Shown piece by piece: positions 1 to 12,358 of a stretch of DNA of 64,000 nt. The translations under genes were made by a program, and so were the position numbers. Each line of letters opens with the position of its first letter. Within the stretch, counting starts at the first letter, position 1. Below the pieces are notes generated by a model. That model searched no databases. It saw only the letters and a list, made by a program, of their open reading frames with translations, and was not told where the DNA came from. This DNA comes from Felis catus (taxonomy: Eukaryota), in the NCBI RefSeq assembly GCF_018350175.1, contig NC_058368.1, positions 198,402,001 through 198,466,000 on the forward strand. Reading direction: 5' to 3'.

Positions 1-1387
1 TTCAGGATGTCTGGAAGGTGACAAGGAATTTGCATTTGCAGCAAGCACCTGGGTGATTCTGAGCAGGTAGCCCTGCTTCAAGAGGCCCAAATCAGTATTT
101 TCCTGGGTTCTGGGAATATGGTAGTTAACGGATCTTAGTAGCTAGTAGAGTGAGTTTGTAAGGTATGTCATATGGGGGCTGCTCAGGTCCTCAGTCACTG
201 GGTTAGCATTTCAGAACCAGATCCTGGGGAGAAAGGCAATCTTGGGTCCTGCATTTTCAGAATTCAATTATGCTGTGCCATTTTTCTCTGAAATGGTGGT
301 ATTTTGACATTTAAACTCCATCTTTCAAATGCCTTACACTTTCAACCATTTCCTAGATACTTATGTAAATGAGGTACGGTTCAGCCCTCCAGAAACTCAC
401 ACCCTAGTGAGTGGATCTTGCAAACTCACTGCTAAAATGGGAGCCACTGAGGAATTGTTAAATTGGGAATGTTAGCTACTCTTCTCTACAACCGTATTAC
501 CTGGTTATGGTAAAAGCAAGCCACCAACCAAATTCTGCTGCACCTACAGACACTCGTTCACTAAATATTTATTGGTAAACAGGAGGAAAAAAAGCAGTTC
601 ATACAGCCTTGCACACTAGTTTCTCTCAAGACAATTGCCAGGATTCCAGGGTCAAGGTTCTATCCCCAGTATTGCTAGCATGAGGCAACCAGAATTTTCC
701 AGAGTTCGTGGATAGACCCAAGACCAGGTAAAGGCTTACCTAAGGCATCGTTCTAAGGGTGTAGGTTATGATTTTAGCTGAATATGTATATCCTACTCAT
801 GCAAGAGTGGAGGGTTTCTAAATTATTTAACTAGCCCACTTATCTTGAATATCTCTATATTTACCAAGAGATCCCGTTTCTAATTTTCATCATGTTAATC
901 AAATTCCACTAATTTCACCAAGTTTTATTGGTGACATAAACTATGCTAATTGGCAAAGCACCCGATATTGATGGAGCTATAAATCACAGAAGTGCTTTGC
1001 CTTTGGATTGTGCATTCTTGGTTGAAGTCCAAAAACATTGGGTTAGAGCCCAAACTATGTGGCACACGTATAATGTGGCACTGTATATTGAGAAGCATTT
1101 AAAGATGAATAACAGATCTCTCTTAAGACTGCATGAGACCCACATACGCATTGTGATATCTTCGAAATCCTGCTCAAGGGGTTGCTTTTTATCTGGTGGT
1201 TATCCAGAAGTGACACAACAGTCCTCTACTTGCTCCGATTTTGGTTCAGAACATGGATCACCATACTGTGAGAACTACATAGCTCCAACAAGGATCGAGT
1301 TTCTTCTCAAAACCTATCGAATTGAAGTCCCAGGGCCCTAAACATCCATTCTATCCATACAGTTTTCTCCATGGAAATCAAAGTAGA

Positions 1388-1616
1388 GGGGCGCCTGGGT
1401 GGCTCAGTCGGTTAAGCAGCCGACTTCGGCTCAGGTCATGATCTCGCGGTCCGTGAGTTCGAGCCCCGTGTCGGGCTCTGTGCTGACAGCTCAGAGCCTG
1501 GAGGCTGTTTCAGATTCTGTGTCTCCCTCTCTCTCTGACCCTCCCCCGTTCATGCTCTGTCTCTCTCTGTCTCAAAAATAAATAAACATTAAAAAAAAAT
1601 TAAAAAAAAAAAAGAA
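1388..1616 (+). mobile_element. Can-SINE (SINEC_Fc)
   Basis: GGGGCGCCTGGGTGGCTCAGTCGGTTAAG head, pol III A/B boxes, (CT)n region, A tail; TSD aaagtaga. Confidence 0.95.
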
Positions 1617-2303
1617 AAAGTAGAAAGACTATGGTCCCTAGAGTCATTTACCATTAGGTGACTTGGACAAGTTTCTTCATCTCTGGTCCTCATCTATAAA
1701 AAGGAGGTAATTATACATCCTCCTTAGGATTGTTACAAAGATCAAGACAGTACCTGGTACAGAGGAGATGCTCAACTAATTTTATTTTTAGTAGCTGTAT
1801 CTTTTAAATCTTTGTCATTTTTTCTTGTTTATGAATTCAAAGGAAGAATAAGATCTATATTATACAAGCAGTACTTTATCTCACTATCACTAGAGATTAC
1901 TAGTCACCGACCTTGGCCTTAAATCTTACTCAAAACCTTTTAAAATCCAGAAGGTTAGCCCTGAGGCTTCTGACTCTCCTAAAATTCCACAGCCTCTCTT
2001 ATCTGTCCACTGGTCATATTAGGGTGAGGCTCTCTTTTTGTTTCCAGAAAGCCATCTTTTTCTATTTCTAGTCCCAACAAGATAATCAGATTCCAGCTCT
2101 AACGCTCTTTCCTTTCTGTTTTGTGTCTATCTGTGTGTGTGTGTGTGTGTATTATGGCCCTAAGCTTTGAGAATCCTGACCATCAGTGGACTGGCAAGGC
2201 TGCCTTCAACTATCTTAATCCAAACCAAGTTTAACTTCATGCTCTTAGCAACTTTTCTTATAGGAGAAGCGCCTCTTTTTTTCAAGGATACTTACCTCAT
2301 CAT

Positions 2304-2516
2304 GGGGCACCCGGGTGGCTCAGTCGGTTAAGTGTCTGACTTCAGCTCAGGTCATGATCTCACAGTGCGTGAGTTCAAGCCCCACATCAGGCTCTGTGCT
2401 GACAGCCCAGAGCCCGGAACTTGCTTTGGATTCTGTGTCTCCCTTTCTCTCTGCCCCTCCCCTGCTCTCACTCTGTCTCTCAACAACAAATAAATGTAAA
2501 AAAAAAAAAAAAAAAA
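2304..2516 (+). mobile_element. Can-SINE (SINEC_Fc)
   Basis: Typical head, CT region and A tail; TSD ggatactta(c/a)ctcatca. Confidence 0.95.
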
Positions 2517-2704
2517 GGGATACTTAACTCATCAGCCCTACCAGGATTTTCAATGAAGACCCCTCCCAGAAAGTTTCCCCACCCATATTCTCATCTCAAG
2601 TTGCCAGTCCCCTCAAAAACCCAAACATGGGTTCTTACAAGAGAGCATTCCCTTCTCTCTTGCTGATCTGATTCTGTACATGGGTTTTAAACAACCACTT
2701 TCCT

Positions 2705-2851
2705 GGGGCACCTGGGTGGCTCAGTAGGTTGAGTGTCCTGCACTGGCAGTGTGGAACCTGCTTGGGATCCTCGCTCTCCCTCTCTTTCTGCCCCTCCCCT
2801 TCTCACTCTCTCTCAAAATACATAAATAAACTTTAAAAAGTAAATAAATAA
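2705..2851 (+). mobile_element. Can-SINE, internally deleted
   Basis: SINE head joined directly to the gtggaacctgcttggga segment, so the B-box region is missing; imperfect TSD caaccac..ttcctg. Confidence 0.8.
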
Positions 2852-2988
2852 GCAACCACCTTCCTGTTTTCCTTAAAGAGATTAACACTTTATGCCAAGG
2901 CAGCAAGCTGCAACCCCCACCAGCATTTTGAATCATTTGAATTTCTGCAGGTGGAACTTTTGCTACTCCCCAATTTGCATTGGCCCAA

Positions 2989-3079
2989 TTTATGGGCAGT
3001 TTATGGGCAGGCAGCTTATCCCATTAGCCAGTTACTTGGGTAACTAAACAGGCAGTTTATCCCATTAGCCAGTTACTTG
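2989..3079. repeat. Compound local duplication (11 bp x2 plus 31 bp x2)
   Basis: tttatgggcag at 2989-2999 and 3000-3010; caggcag(c/t)ttatcccattagccagttacttg at 3008-3038 and 3049-3079. Confidence 0.9.
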
Positions 3080-3788
3080 ATTGGCAAGGTCAGGGATATT
3101 CAACCCATGATGGAAGTTTTGTTTCGGGGTGAGATAATAAGGGGGAATAGCGATTTTTTTCTGCTCGTAGGCCTGGATCAGAAGCCCTGGAGTTGGGAAA
3201 CCAGGGGATGGGGAGCCCGAGTGATGCCAGCAGAAAGGGTGTCATTCACTGAGCAAGATGACCGCAGATTGTTTTCCATTACCTTCCCCAGTCAGTGCTC
3301 ATCTGGTGAAAACTGTAACAAAGACAGCCTTTGAACTTCAGGGAAAGTGGAGAAGGAAGAGAGACATGGTTGCAAGGCTCTGGGCAGAGACAGACTTCAC
3401 CATTTCTTGCAACCATTGTTCTGTGTTCTGATATTTATGACAAGTGTAAACCCCAGTGCATTTTGCCAATAAGGCTCAAATTTAAAACACTTACTTCAAA
3501 GAGAAACTGGAAAAGGATCCTCTCACCAATGACCTTTCCGCCAAGATCATAACCTGAATGGTCCTTATTAGAAATGGCTCATTATTGACAAAATGATAAT
3601 AATCACGATAGTAATAACTAACATAAGTACAAGCAGACTTCTTGTTTACAACAGCTCCTTTATCTGTAAGAGCTAAAAACTGTAAAAAACAAAAAATACC
3701 CTCCAGCATGCAAATGGTTAAAAAAAAACAAAAACAAAAAAACCATGGTACGTCCATACTAGTCAGTCACAGAAAGGAACAAACTATT

Positions 3789-4001
3789 TTTTTTTCAACG
3801 TTTATTTATTTTTTTGGGGACAGAGAGAGACAGAACATGAACGGGGGTGGGGCAGAGAGAGAGGGAGACACAGAATCGGAAACAGGCTCCAGGCTCTGAG
3901 CCATCAGCCCAGAGCCTGACGCAGGGCTTGAACTCACGGACCGCGAGATCATGACCTGGCTGAAGTCGGACGCTTAACCGACTGTGCCACCCAGGCGCCC
4001 C
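3789..4001 (-). mobile_element. Young SINEC_Fc
   Basis: Near-consensus sequence with CpGs retained; perfect 18-bp TSD agaaaggaacaaactatt (3771-3788 and 4002-4019). Confidence 0.95.
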
Positions 4002-4074
4002 AGAAAGGAACAAACTATTGATACATGCAACAACCTGAATGAATGCATAGGAAATTATGCTGTGGCAGCCATCC

Positions 4075-4439
4075 TGTAGAAAGAGGATAGACTCCTACCC
4101 AAAATATGGTTCAAATATTAATATTGATGACACTATATACACATCAAGAGGTTATGAAAAGGTTTATTACTCACATAATATAGTTTTCAGAGGCCAGGCA
4201 GGCAATCTTCCCAAGCAGACCCAAAAATGGCTTGAGGGGGTGTGGGAAGAGACTGGCTTGGGGTTTTTATTGAGGTTAGGGGCTGAGGCAGGGGTAAGGA
4301 CTCCTGCACGTGGCATGGGCTCACATGGTTTGAATCTCCCCCCAGAGCCCAAGGAAGAATTCAGGCTTTCTTTTCAGCTTGTCCAGATGTGGGACAGAGG
4401 CTGAAAAGCTGTCAATAGACATCAAAAAAATGGAGTCAG
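4075..4439 (-). mobile_element. Solo LTR, MER76-like (ERVL class)
   Basis: Resembles recalled MER76-type consensus (minus strand CTGACTCCATTTTTTTGATGTC...CAGCTTTTCAGCC) and has AATAAA on the minus strand near 4163. Confidence 0.5.
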
Positions 4440-4681
4440 CCAATCTCAAAACTATGCATCTGTCTGATTCCATTTATAACATTTTGAAATCACACAATTT
4501 TAGAAATGGAGGACACATTTGTTAGTGGTTGCCAAGGGGTAGGGTTGGATATGGAGATGAAGGAGATAGAGTGATTACAAACGGGCAATATGAAGGATTC
4601 TTGTGGTGTTGGAACATTCATATCCTGACTATGGTGGAGAATCCACAAACTTACACAGGTAATAAAACCCTGTAGAACTTA

Positions 4682-4683
<2 letters not shown>

Positions 4684-4727
<44 letters not shown>
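4684..4727. repeat. (CA)n microsatellite
   Basis: About 22 uninterrupted AC units. Confidence 0.95.
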
Positions 4728-4730
<3 letters not shown>

Positions 4731-6039
4731 TACAAATAAAAATAAAACTGAGAAAATCTGAAAAATATACATGGATTGCATCCGGGTCCATATCCTGGTT
4801 GTGATGTTATATTACAGTTTTGCAAAATGTTACTACTAGGAGAAACTGGCTAATGGGTGTGTACGATCTTTCTGTATTAAATCTTCAAACTCATGTGAAT
4901 CTGTAATTATCTCAATAAACGTTTCAATTTAGAAAATGCTTAAATTAGGAATGAAGAGTCTATTTGGATTATAGGACATTCTGGGATGGGAGAAAGAGCA
5001 AGACTGAGTGAATGCCTCTGAATTGAGCCCACTAACCCATTGTTACCAGCAGGTCCTTATAAAGTCATTTTCAACAATGTAATAGCCAACCATGGGTCAG
5101 ACATCATAATTATCATTAGGACAAAAAGCTGGGCAAAGACTAACTTAGGACAGAGAAAGGCAGGATAAAATTGAAGGGAGGCCTTTTAATAATTTAAAGA
5201 CTGATATTTGCAATATATAGATAAATAGAAAAAGATTCATATAGGACTTTCCTGATAACTATCTATGTAAAGATATCAGCTACAATTCAGTCATTCTCAA
5301 ATTTTTTTCAGTAAAATGTTCCCTAACCATAGAGGGAAAATGTGTGTGTATGTGTGTACACGTGGGTGGGTGTGTTTGCTCATGGGTGCGTACATGCATG
5401 CGTGAGAGTCTGGTATGCTCCCAGAGGCAGCCATTGAGAATCTGAAATACCTGTGAAATTCATATAAATGTTGCATTATGTTCCATAATACATACATTTT
5501 TATTGTGCATAACAATATTGTTCTCAATTTAAAATTTTTAGTTAAAATCATGTGAAAAAATTTAGTTTGAGCAAAATTGACCTGCAGGGCAATGACTGCT
5601 CTATGGCCCAGGCATACATCCATCCATCTGTGGTACATAGCACCCTACTGTAAGAAGCATACCTCTACATTTTTCTAAGACTTTCAAATTAAACCTTTCT
5701 TTAAAAAAATGGCTAAACTTCAACTTTGAGTCTTTGCTCATACTTCTCCTTCCATCTGGAATGCTTTCCCAAGGCTTTCTCCCCATGAATCTTTGTCTGC
5801 TTGTGGCTCAAGGAGCCATAAAATGCTCCATCCATGAATTCCTCTCAAACTTTCTGTTAGAATGTATTTGTATTCCTTCTCTGTATTCCTAAACCTACCT
5901 CTATTTTAACCATTTGCCCCCCCCCCTCCACCTTCAGTATGTAAGTAACTCTAAAACGAAATGTGTTTACATGCCTAATAGCTTAAAAACAGGGTGGTAC
6001 GTCCCGTGGCTAGGTCCATCTACACTTCTTCCCATAGGA

Positions 6040-6850
6040 GATCTTGGTCACGCTCACCATTCTAAATAAATGCAGTCCAAATGCTGAGGACTTTCCAAGT
6101 TATATCTTCATCCCTTCCTCTCCTTGAACTTTAGACTTCCATATCCAACTGCTTTCTCAACACATCCACTTTCTTGACTAATAGACATTTCAAACTAGAT
6201 TCCTCCACATACATCAAACCTGCCCTTCCTCAAGACTTCCCATCTCACCAAAGGGGCCGGGCCATGAGGCACCACTTGCCTCAGTCAGAAACATCAAGAA
6301 GCCTCCCTAGATTCTTCTTCCCTTCATGATACCCCCATATTCAATTCATCAGTAAGACCTGTCAATTCTGCCTCCTAACCCATCCCAAATTAACTCTGGA
6401 CACCCACGCTGTGGTAATAGCTTCCAGACTAGTTTCTAACTTCCATTTCACCTCTTATCAATCTGTTTTCCACAATAGCTGCATAGCAGCCAGTGATCTT
6501 GTGAATCAAATCACATTATTCCATGCTTAAAACCCTCCAACAAATGCCTGTTGCAGTAGAATAAAGCTCTTTACCCTGACTTCAAAAAGTCCCCACCTTG
6601 ACCACTCCCCTTACACTTTTTCCACCCTTCTAACCTTTCTGTTCCTCAAATATTCCAAGCCTATTTCTACCTTCTGGTCTTTGCTCCAACCAGTTCCATC
6701 TTCTAGGTATGTTTTCCTTCTGATTGCCCATCGTATGCTTCTTATTCCTGATGTTAAGATCTTGACTTAGATGGCACCTCCTCAAAGTCCATCCCTGGCC
6801 ATGCAATCTAATGTCAATACCTAGTCATGCTCTTTCCCTCCTTAATATAT
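6040..6850 (+). mobile_element. L2 remnants
   Basis: Pyrimidine-rich decayed sequence with L2 motifs (ccagacttccatatccaactgc-like; gcttaaaaccctccaa; cacctcctcaaagtcc). Confidence 0.5.
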
Positions 6851-6879
6851 TAGCACGACATTTTTTTGTGTCTTTGATT

Positions 6880-7480
6880 TTTTGTTCATTGTGCTAAAAT
6901 ATAGGTAACATAAAATTGAACCATTTTTATGTATCCAGCTCAGTGGCATTGAGTACATTCACTGTGTGGCACAACCATCGCCACTATCCAATTCCAGGGC
7001 TTTTTCAGTTTCCCAAACTGAAAGTCTGTCCCCATTAAACAGTAAATCCCAGTTACTCACCCACCCACCACCAGCCCCTGATTGCTTCTATTATACATTC
7101 TGGTCCTAGAAATTTGCCCATTCTAGGTACCTCATGCAAGTGGAGTTATGAGATAATTTATCCTTTTGTGTCTGGCTTTTTTTCACTTACCCTAATGCTT
7201 TCAAGGTTCGTCCATGTTGTAGCAGGGGTCAGAACTTCATTCCTTTTTAAGACTGAATATTCTATTGTGTGGGTATACCACATTTTGTGTATCCATTCAT
7301 GCATTAAAAGACACCTGTGTTGTTTCCACTTTGGGCTGCTGTGATCAATGCTGCCATGAACATGGGGGCACTAATGTCTGTTTGAATCTCTGCTTTCAAT
7401 TATTGGAGGTATCTACCTAGACGTGGAATAGCTGGGCCATATGATGATTCTATGTCTAACTCTTTGCAAAACCACCATAC
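6880..7480 (-). mobile_element. L1MB-like 3' end
   Basis: cataaaattgaaccatt...gtggcattgagtacattcac...tcaaggttcgtccatgttgtagca...gctgccatgaacatggggg, typical antisense L1M 3' sequence. Confidence 0.75.
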
Positions 7481-10400
7481 AATCAGCATGGCATTTTTAA
7501 AAAAGTGTTTGCTTACCAGTTTCACTGGAGTGAAACCTTCATGCGGGCAGCATCTGCATCTGTCTTTCCCATCCCTGTATCCCCAGCACCTAGAACAATT
7601 TCTGCCACATGATGGACACTCAAAAGTGTTTGTGAGATGAATGAATGAAATAGGTCCTCAGGAATTGTCAGTGTTCTTTCTTCTTTACACACTATTGTCC
7701 ATAAACAGATCACAAGCTCCTTGAGGGCAGTGCTAGATCTCACTCATCTGTGTAACCTCAGCACTTAGCACATTGAAGGCACTCAATAAGCCCTTGTTAA
7801 GTTGAAATAAATTCCCTTTCTTTGCTTCTAGTTTGGTTTTCTCAGTTTAGCTCTGTAGATCTCAACTGATGATAATGGAGTCGTAAAAAAGGAAGACTTT
7901 CCTCTGGTTTTTCAGTAAGAAAAAAAAAAAACCCAAAATGCCGGAAGAGGCCCACAAGGACAGTTGGCTCCTAGGCATCTCTGACTCTTTTTCTCTTATC
8001 CTTTCCCTTTGGTTTCTGGATTCTGGTATCTGCCAGAGCCAGGACTGAAGGAAGCACAAACAGCTGAAAAATCTGTTACATTACATCATCTGTCTCTGGG
8101 AATTAAGGCATGCTGGCTAGGTTTCACTTAAAAAAAAAAAAATCCTAAAATTTGAGTCTTGGGTTCAGATAAGACACAAGTCCTGATATCCCAAGACTTC
8201 TTAAAATTTTAAGTAATGTCCCTTGGATTAGAAATTTAAACGATTTTCAAAGAGCTCTGAGCCTGGTAATTCTGATTATACATGCCATATACAGGTAAAG
8301 AATATATTTTACCACTCCATATTCTATATAATAAATTACACACACACATTACGTATTGCAATTGACGTATATTGCATGTAATAATGGGTTGCTAAATGGG
8401 GATAGCAAAACCCAAGCAAGAAACACTCAACAGGCTCCTGGAACCATTTCCATGAATTTTCTCCCCCAATCCTGCCAGCTTCTTTTGCTGTTGAGAACAG
8501 TCTTCGTTTCAGCCAACAGCGTTTGAGGCAAAGTGGAACGAGAAAGAAACCTCGTAGAATCGCAACATCAGCAGGCTACAAAGGCCCACCAGACTCTGAC
8601 CATTTTCCCAGTGTCCCCATCAACCCTCCCAGCTACCTCCTGCCCTTTGTACTGGAGCTACTGGCCTTTACACAAGTCCTGCCTCTATAGTGTCTGCTGA
8701 CTGCATGACTCCCAGACAGGAAACCTCAGGTCTTCATCCTTGGATTACGAGGCTTCCGTCATCCCTCTAAATCTACCTCTTCCCCAAACTGAAAATCTCG
8801 TAAAGCGTTATTACCACCCGGGCTCTGCCCTGGGTGTTGCCATTCTTGGAGGGCCAATTAATTCTTGGAGGAAATATGCTCACTTGAACAGCCCTATCTG
8901 ACTCTTGGGTGTGACAAGGGTATGTGAGATTACTGTCTATCAAAAGCAAACACTGCTTTCAGAAAACCGGCAAACAGTGCAACAGAGAGAATGGGGACTT
9001 GTGTAAAGCCCCAGACAGGCCTTAAAACCACACCCCAAATCTGTCTCCAAATCCCTGCTTTCCAGTGTGCTCTTTTTTCTTTAAAAAATAGTTTGCAACT
9101 TTTTTCCCAATCACATGTCATTCTTGTGACCTCATGGACTTGGAGCAGATGAGAAATGAGGAAAGAGGAAAGTTGACCATGTTTCAAAGGACAGATCAGT
9201 CAGAAGGAAGGGAGAAGAGTAAGGAAAGGTCAAGACTAGCGGAAGGCAGAGTCGGAAGTTCTGGTGGGCGGACCCCAGGTGAGGCTTCACCTGCCAGCTC
9301 TCCTTCCCCGTCAATCCTAAATACCCCTTCGCCTCTGGTGTTACTGAGTGTCCTGGCGCAAAGGCTGTCTAATGTGAATGGGAAAGAACTGGCGGTCAGA
9401 GCTCTCCTATCAGGCCAGGCTGCTCCCTGCCCCCAGGCCACATGTAGGATCTTTCTGGGGCTGATGGTTAGGACAGAAAGGCCTCCCGGGATGTCCCAAA
9501 GCAAGGGGTAAAACAAAGATTGTCCTCAGGCTTCCTGACAGTTAGAATCCAGCAGACACTCGGGCCCAGAGGAGAAACGCAAAGGGCGTCCAGTCGTCTG
9601 GCACACCCTGGATACTCAATTCCTCTGTGTTGCATAAATGGATAGACAGAGAGGCAGAGAGACGGAGATAGCAGGGGGTTTCCGTAGCTCATCCCTTTTT
9701 GACAGTACTCATCTGGGGCCCGTTCTGGTCACCAGTCCAAGCTGTTCACTCATACTCAAGCACATGTTGCCCAGGGAGCCACTAGGAGCCACTCCTTCTA
9801 GGAGTCAGAGGGAGAAAGCAGCTCAGCCATTCCCACCGCAAGCTGTGATGCTTGCAGTCCCACAAGACTCCGTACGGGCGATAGAGTAGCTGTTATCTAT
9901 CCCATTGACAGATAAGAAAGCTGAGACAGAGCAAGTAGATTGTGACTTGCTAAGGCCAAAGAAGTGGTAATTGGTGGCTCTGGAAGGCCTTAGAACCCAG
10001 GTCACCTGACCCCTGCACTGGAACATTCTCCTACAGCCAGGCTTCACTGCCATGGGACCGGCGCTGGCAGTGAATATGAACTTCACTTCCTCACTTATCA
10101 ATCATCCAGGCTCCACTGTCTCTCTCTGATGAGTTGGAGGAGAGCTCCCTCCTGCTTATCGTCCCCAAGTAGGCAAACGACAACCAAATTAGCCAAGCAG
10201 ACCAGCCCTGAACAAAGTTCCAACCTTGGAGGTCTTTGTTTTTGTGCTTTCAGCCTCTCCCAGAACGCTTTTCCTCCAGCGGGAATGCTCTCTTTATTCG
10301 TGAAGAGTCTTTTTAGCAGATATAGTGGGGGCAGAGAGCTTGAGCACAGGCCCTCAGAAGGATGCCACTGATAACTTCACCCATGTTGCCACTGTGTTCC

Positions 10401-10486
10401 TTCTTAAAGTAGGATTACATCCTAAGAGAAGTCTTATGTGGTGTAAGTGATTTTATCCTCCTCTCCACGGGCCTTTGCATTTTAAA

Positions 10487-10700
10487 TTTTTTTTTCAACG
10501 TTTTTATTTATTTTTGGGACAGAGAGAGACAGAGCATGAACAGGGGAGGGGCAGAGAGAGAGGGAGACACAGAATCGGAAACAGGCTCCAGGCTCTGAGC
10601 CATCAGCCCAGAGCCTGACGCGGGGCTCGAACTCACGGACCGCGAGATCGTGACCTGGCTGAAGTCGGACGCTTAACCGACTGCGCCACCGAGGCGCCCC
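10487..10700 (-). mobile_element. Young SINEC_Fc
   Basis: Near-identical to the copies at 3789 and 33384; TSD gggcctttgcattttaaa on both sides. Confidence 0.95.
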
Positions 10701-12134
10701 ATGGGCCTTTGCATTTTAAAAGGGGAAGACCAAGATTCTGGAATGGTCTTTTTCAATAGCAGTGCTGTTGGCATTACCAGAGAGAGAGAAGAGATACAGA
10801 AGGCCAGGGAGCTTTCCAGCTGGTGGTTTTCACCTACTCTTTCTGTAAGGCCAGTCTAGCAGCCAAGAAGAGATTGGGGAAGGAGAACGTGAAAAAGGCC
10901 TCCACTTGCAGAAGTACCACACTGGGGACTGTCACCCCAATTTAGTTTCTCTGACATGGATCCTGGTTGGGGGAGGGGGGACAGGTAAAGCGGAGGAAAA
11001 CCACTTCAAGAGAACTTGGAGGGTCTATCTTGCTTTCGGAAATCAAAAGCCAAGCTGTCAACGTCCAGTCAATTACGAGAGAAAAAAATGAAACATGGCC
11101 ACGCCGTGAGTAACTGATTTCTTCAGGATCAGTGATGGGATTCTCTCTTACCCCTCCTCTCCTCCAGCTTTCTGGATGGAGACGGTTTGCTTATGTCATG
11201 TCTTCTCTCCACATCTAGAGATGTGGCAGCTTGTCACGACCCTTGGCTCCTGACCAAACTGGATGGAATGCACACTGCTGAGAAAGGTCCTCTCTTGGAG
11301 CTGAGGACAATGCGCTGCCAGATGGATGCCTGCCCTGGGGGTGGGTTCTTCTCTCCCCCCCCCCACCCACCCCCAGCCCGAGATGGCAGTGCAAGCACTG
11401 TGTGCCAGAGGCTAGCCTGACGGTCCCTTGCGTCTGCTCCGTGGCCCGGTTTTTTTGCTTTTTTCAACTTGCCTCATGAGATTTGTTACTCAATTTTCCA
11501 TGATTTTAGTACCACCTGCTGCCAGCAAGCACGAGACAGGAATAAATATTTCACTGGCATAAAGTTGGCCAACAGCTCAGTCCGTGTCATTGACTTTCAA
11601 CCAGGGGTTTTAGTAAGCAACTTTAAGTCCCAAAGCCAGTCAATTTGCCAAGCTGAAGTTGAACCTATGTTCAGAAGATAAGAAGCCGCAGTCCTCAGAG
11701 GCACCCCTGAGCGCCCAGTTACGCCCCCAGCCCTTCCTTCAAAAGGAAAACCCAGGAAGGTCTGGCCAATCTGGCTCACAATCTGTGAGCCAACTTTGGG
11801 GTTTCTTTCCCAATAGCTCTGTATGCAAAACAGTGGCACAGAGCACTGGTTCGTTCATTTTCTTTTAAGTTCTTGGCAAATAAATCCTAAAGGAGTAATG
11901 CCTTTTAGGCATTATATGCAATTCCAAGCGCAAAATACAATGTTTGGAGGGGGTCTGTTGTCTACACAATAGTTGGTGGCAGTTGGTTGGTGCAGTAAGG
12001 GGTGGCGATTAGGAATTCTATAGTTCAGAACAAAGGGTGAAGAGTTTAGCCACAATTGCATTAAATGCAAGCATTATGTGGGGCCAGCACATGGTCTCCT
12101 TACCCCACTCATTCTTTTTTTTTTCAATTTTCTT

Positions 12135-12358
12135 TTTTTTTTTAATTTTTTTAACGTTTATTTATTTTTGAGACAGAGAGAGACAGAGCATGAACGGGGG
12201 AGGGTCAGAGAGAGAGGGAGACACAGAATCTGAAACAGGCTCCAGGCTCTGAACTGTCAGCACAGAGCCCGACACGGGGCTTGAACTCACGGACCGCGAG
12301 ATCATGTGACCTGAACCAAAGTCGGCCGCTTAACCGACTGAGCCACCCAGGTGCCCCC
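12135..12358 (-). mobile_element. SINEC_Fc
   Basis: Antisense SINE with T-rich tail; TSD caattttctt. Confidence 0.93.

Larger units (their letters stand above)
3640..4937 (+). mobile_element. Old L1 (L1MC-like) 3' end interrupted by a SINE, an LTR and a (CA)n repeat
   Basis: L1M 3' motifs (gatacatgcaacaacctgaatgaat; gattccatttata; gtggttgccaagggg; tgtgaatctgtaattatctcaataaa) continue across the insertions. Confidence 0.65.

Noticed and set aside
943..1341. 132-aa ORF
   Set aside because: No recognisable domain or homology, and no promoter or splice context; the length is within chance expectation.
1388..1470. tRNA-like A and B boxes
   Set aside because: They belong to the tRNA-derived SINE head; there is no complete tRNA gene.
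1399..1581. Recurrent MAQSVK...SAQVMIS ORF family (also 2315, 16711, 20071, 23243, 46761, 50554)
   Set aside because: These are translations of Can-SINE bodies from GTG starts, not a gene family.
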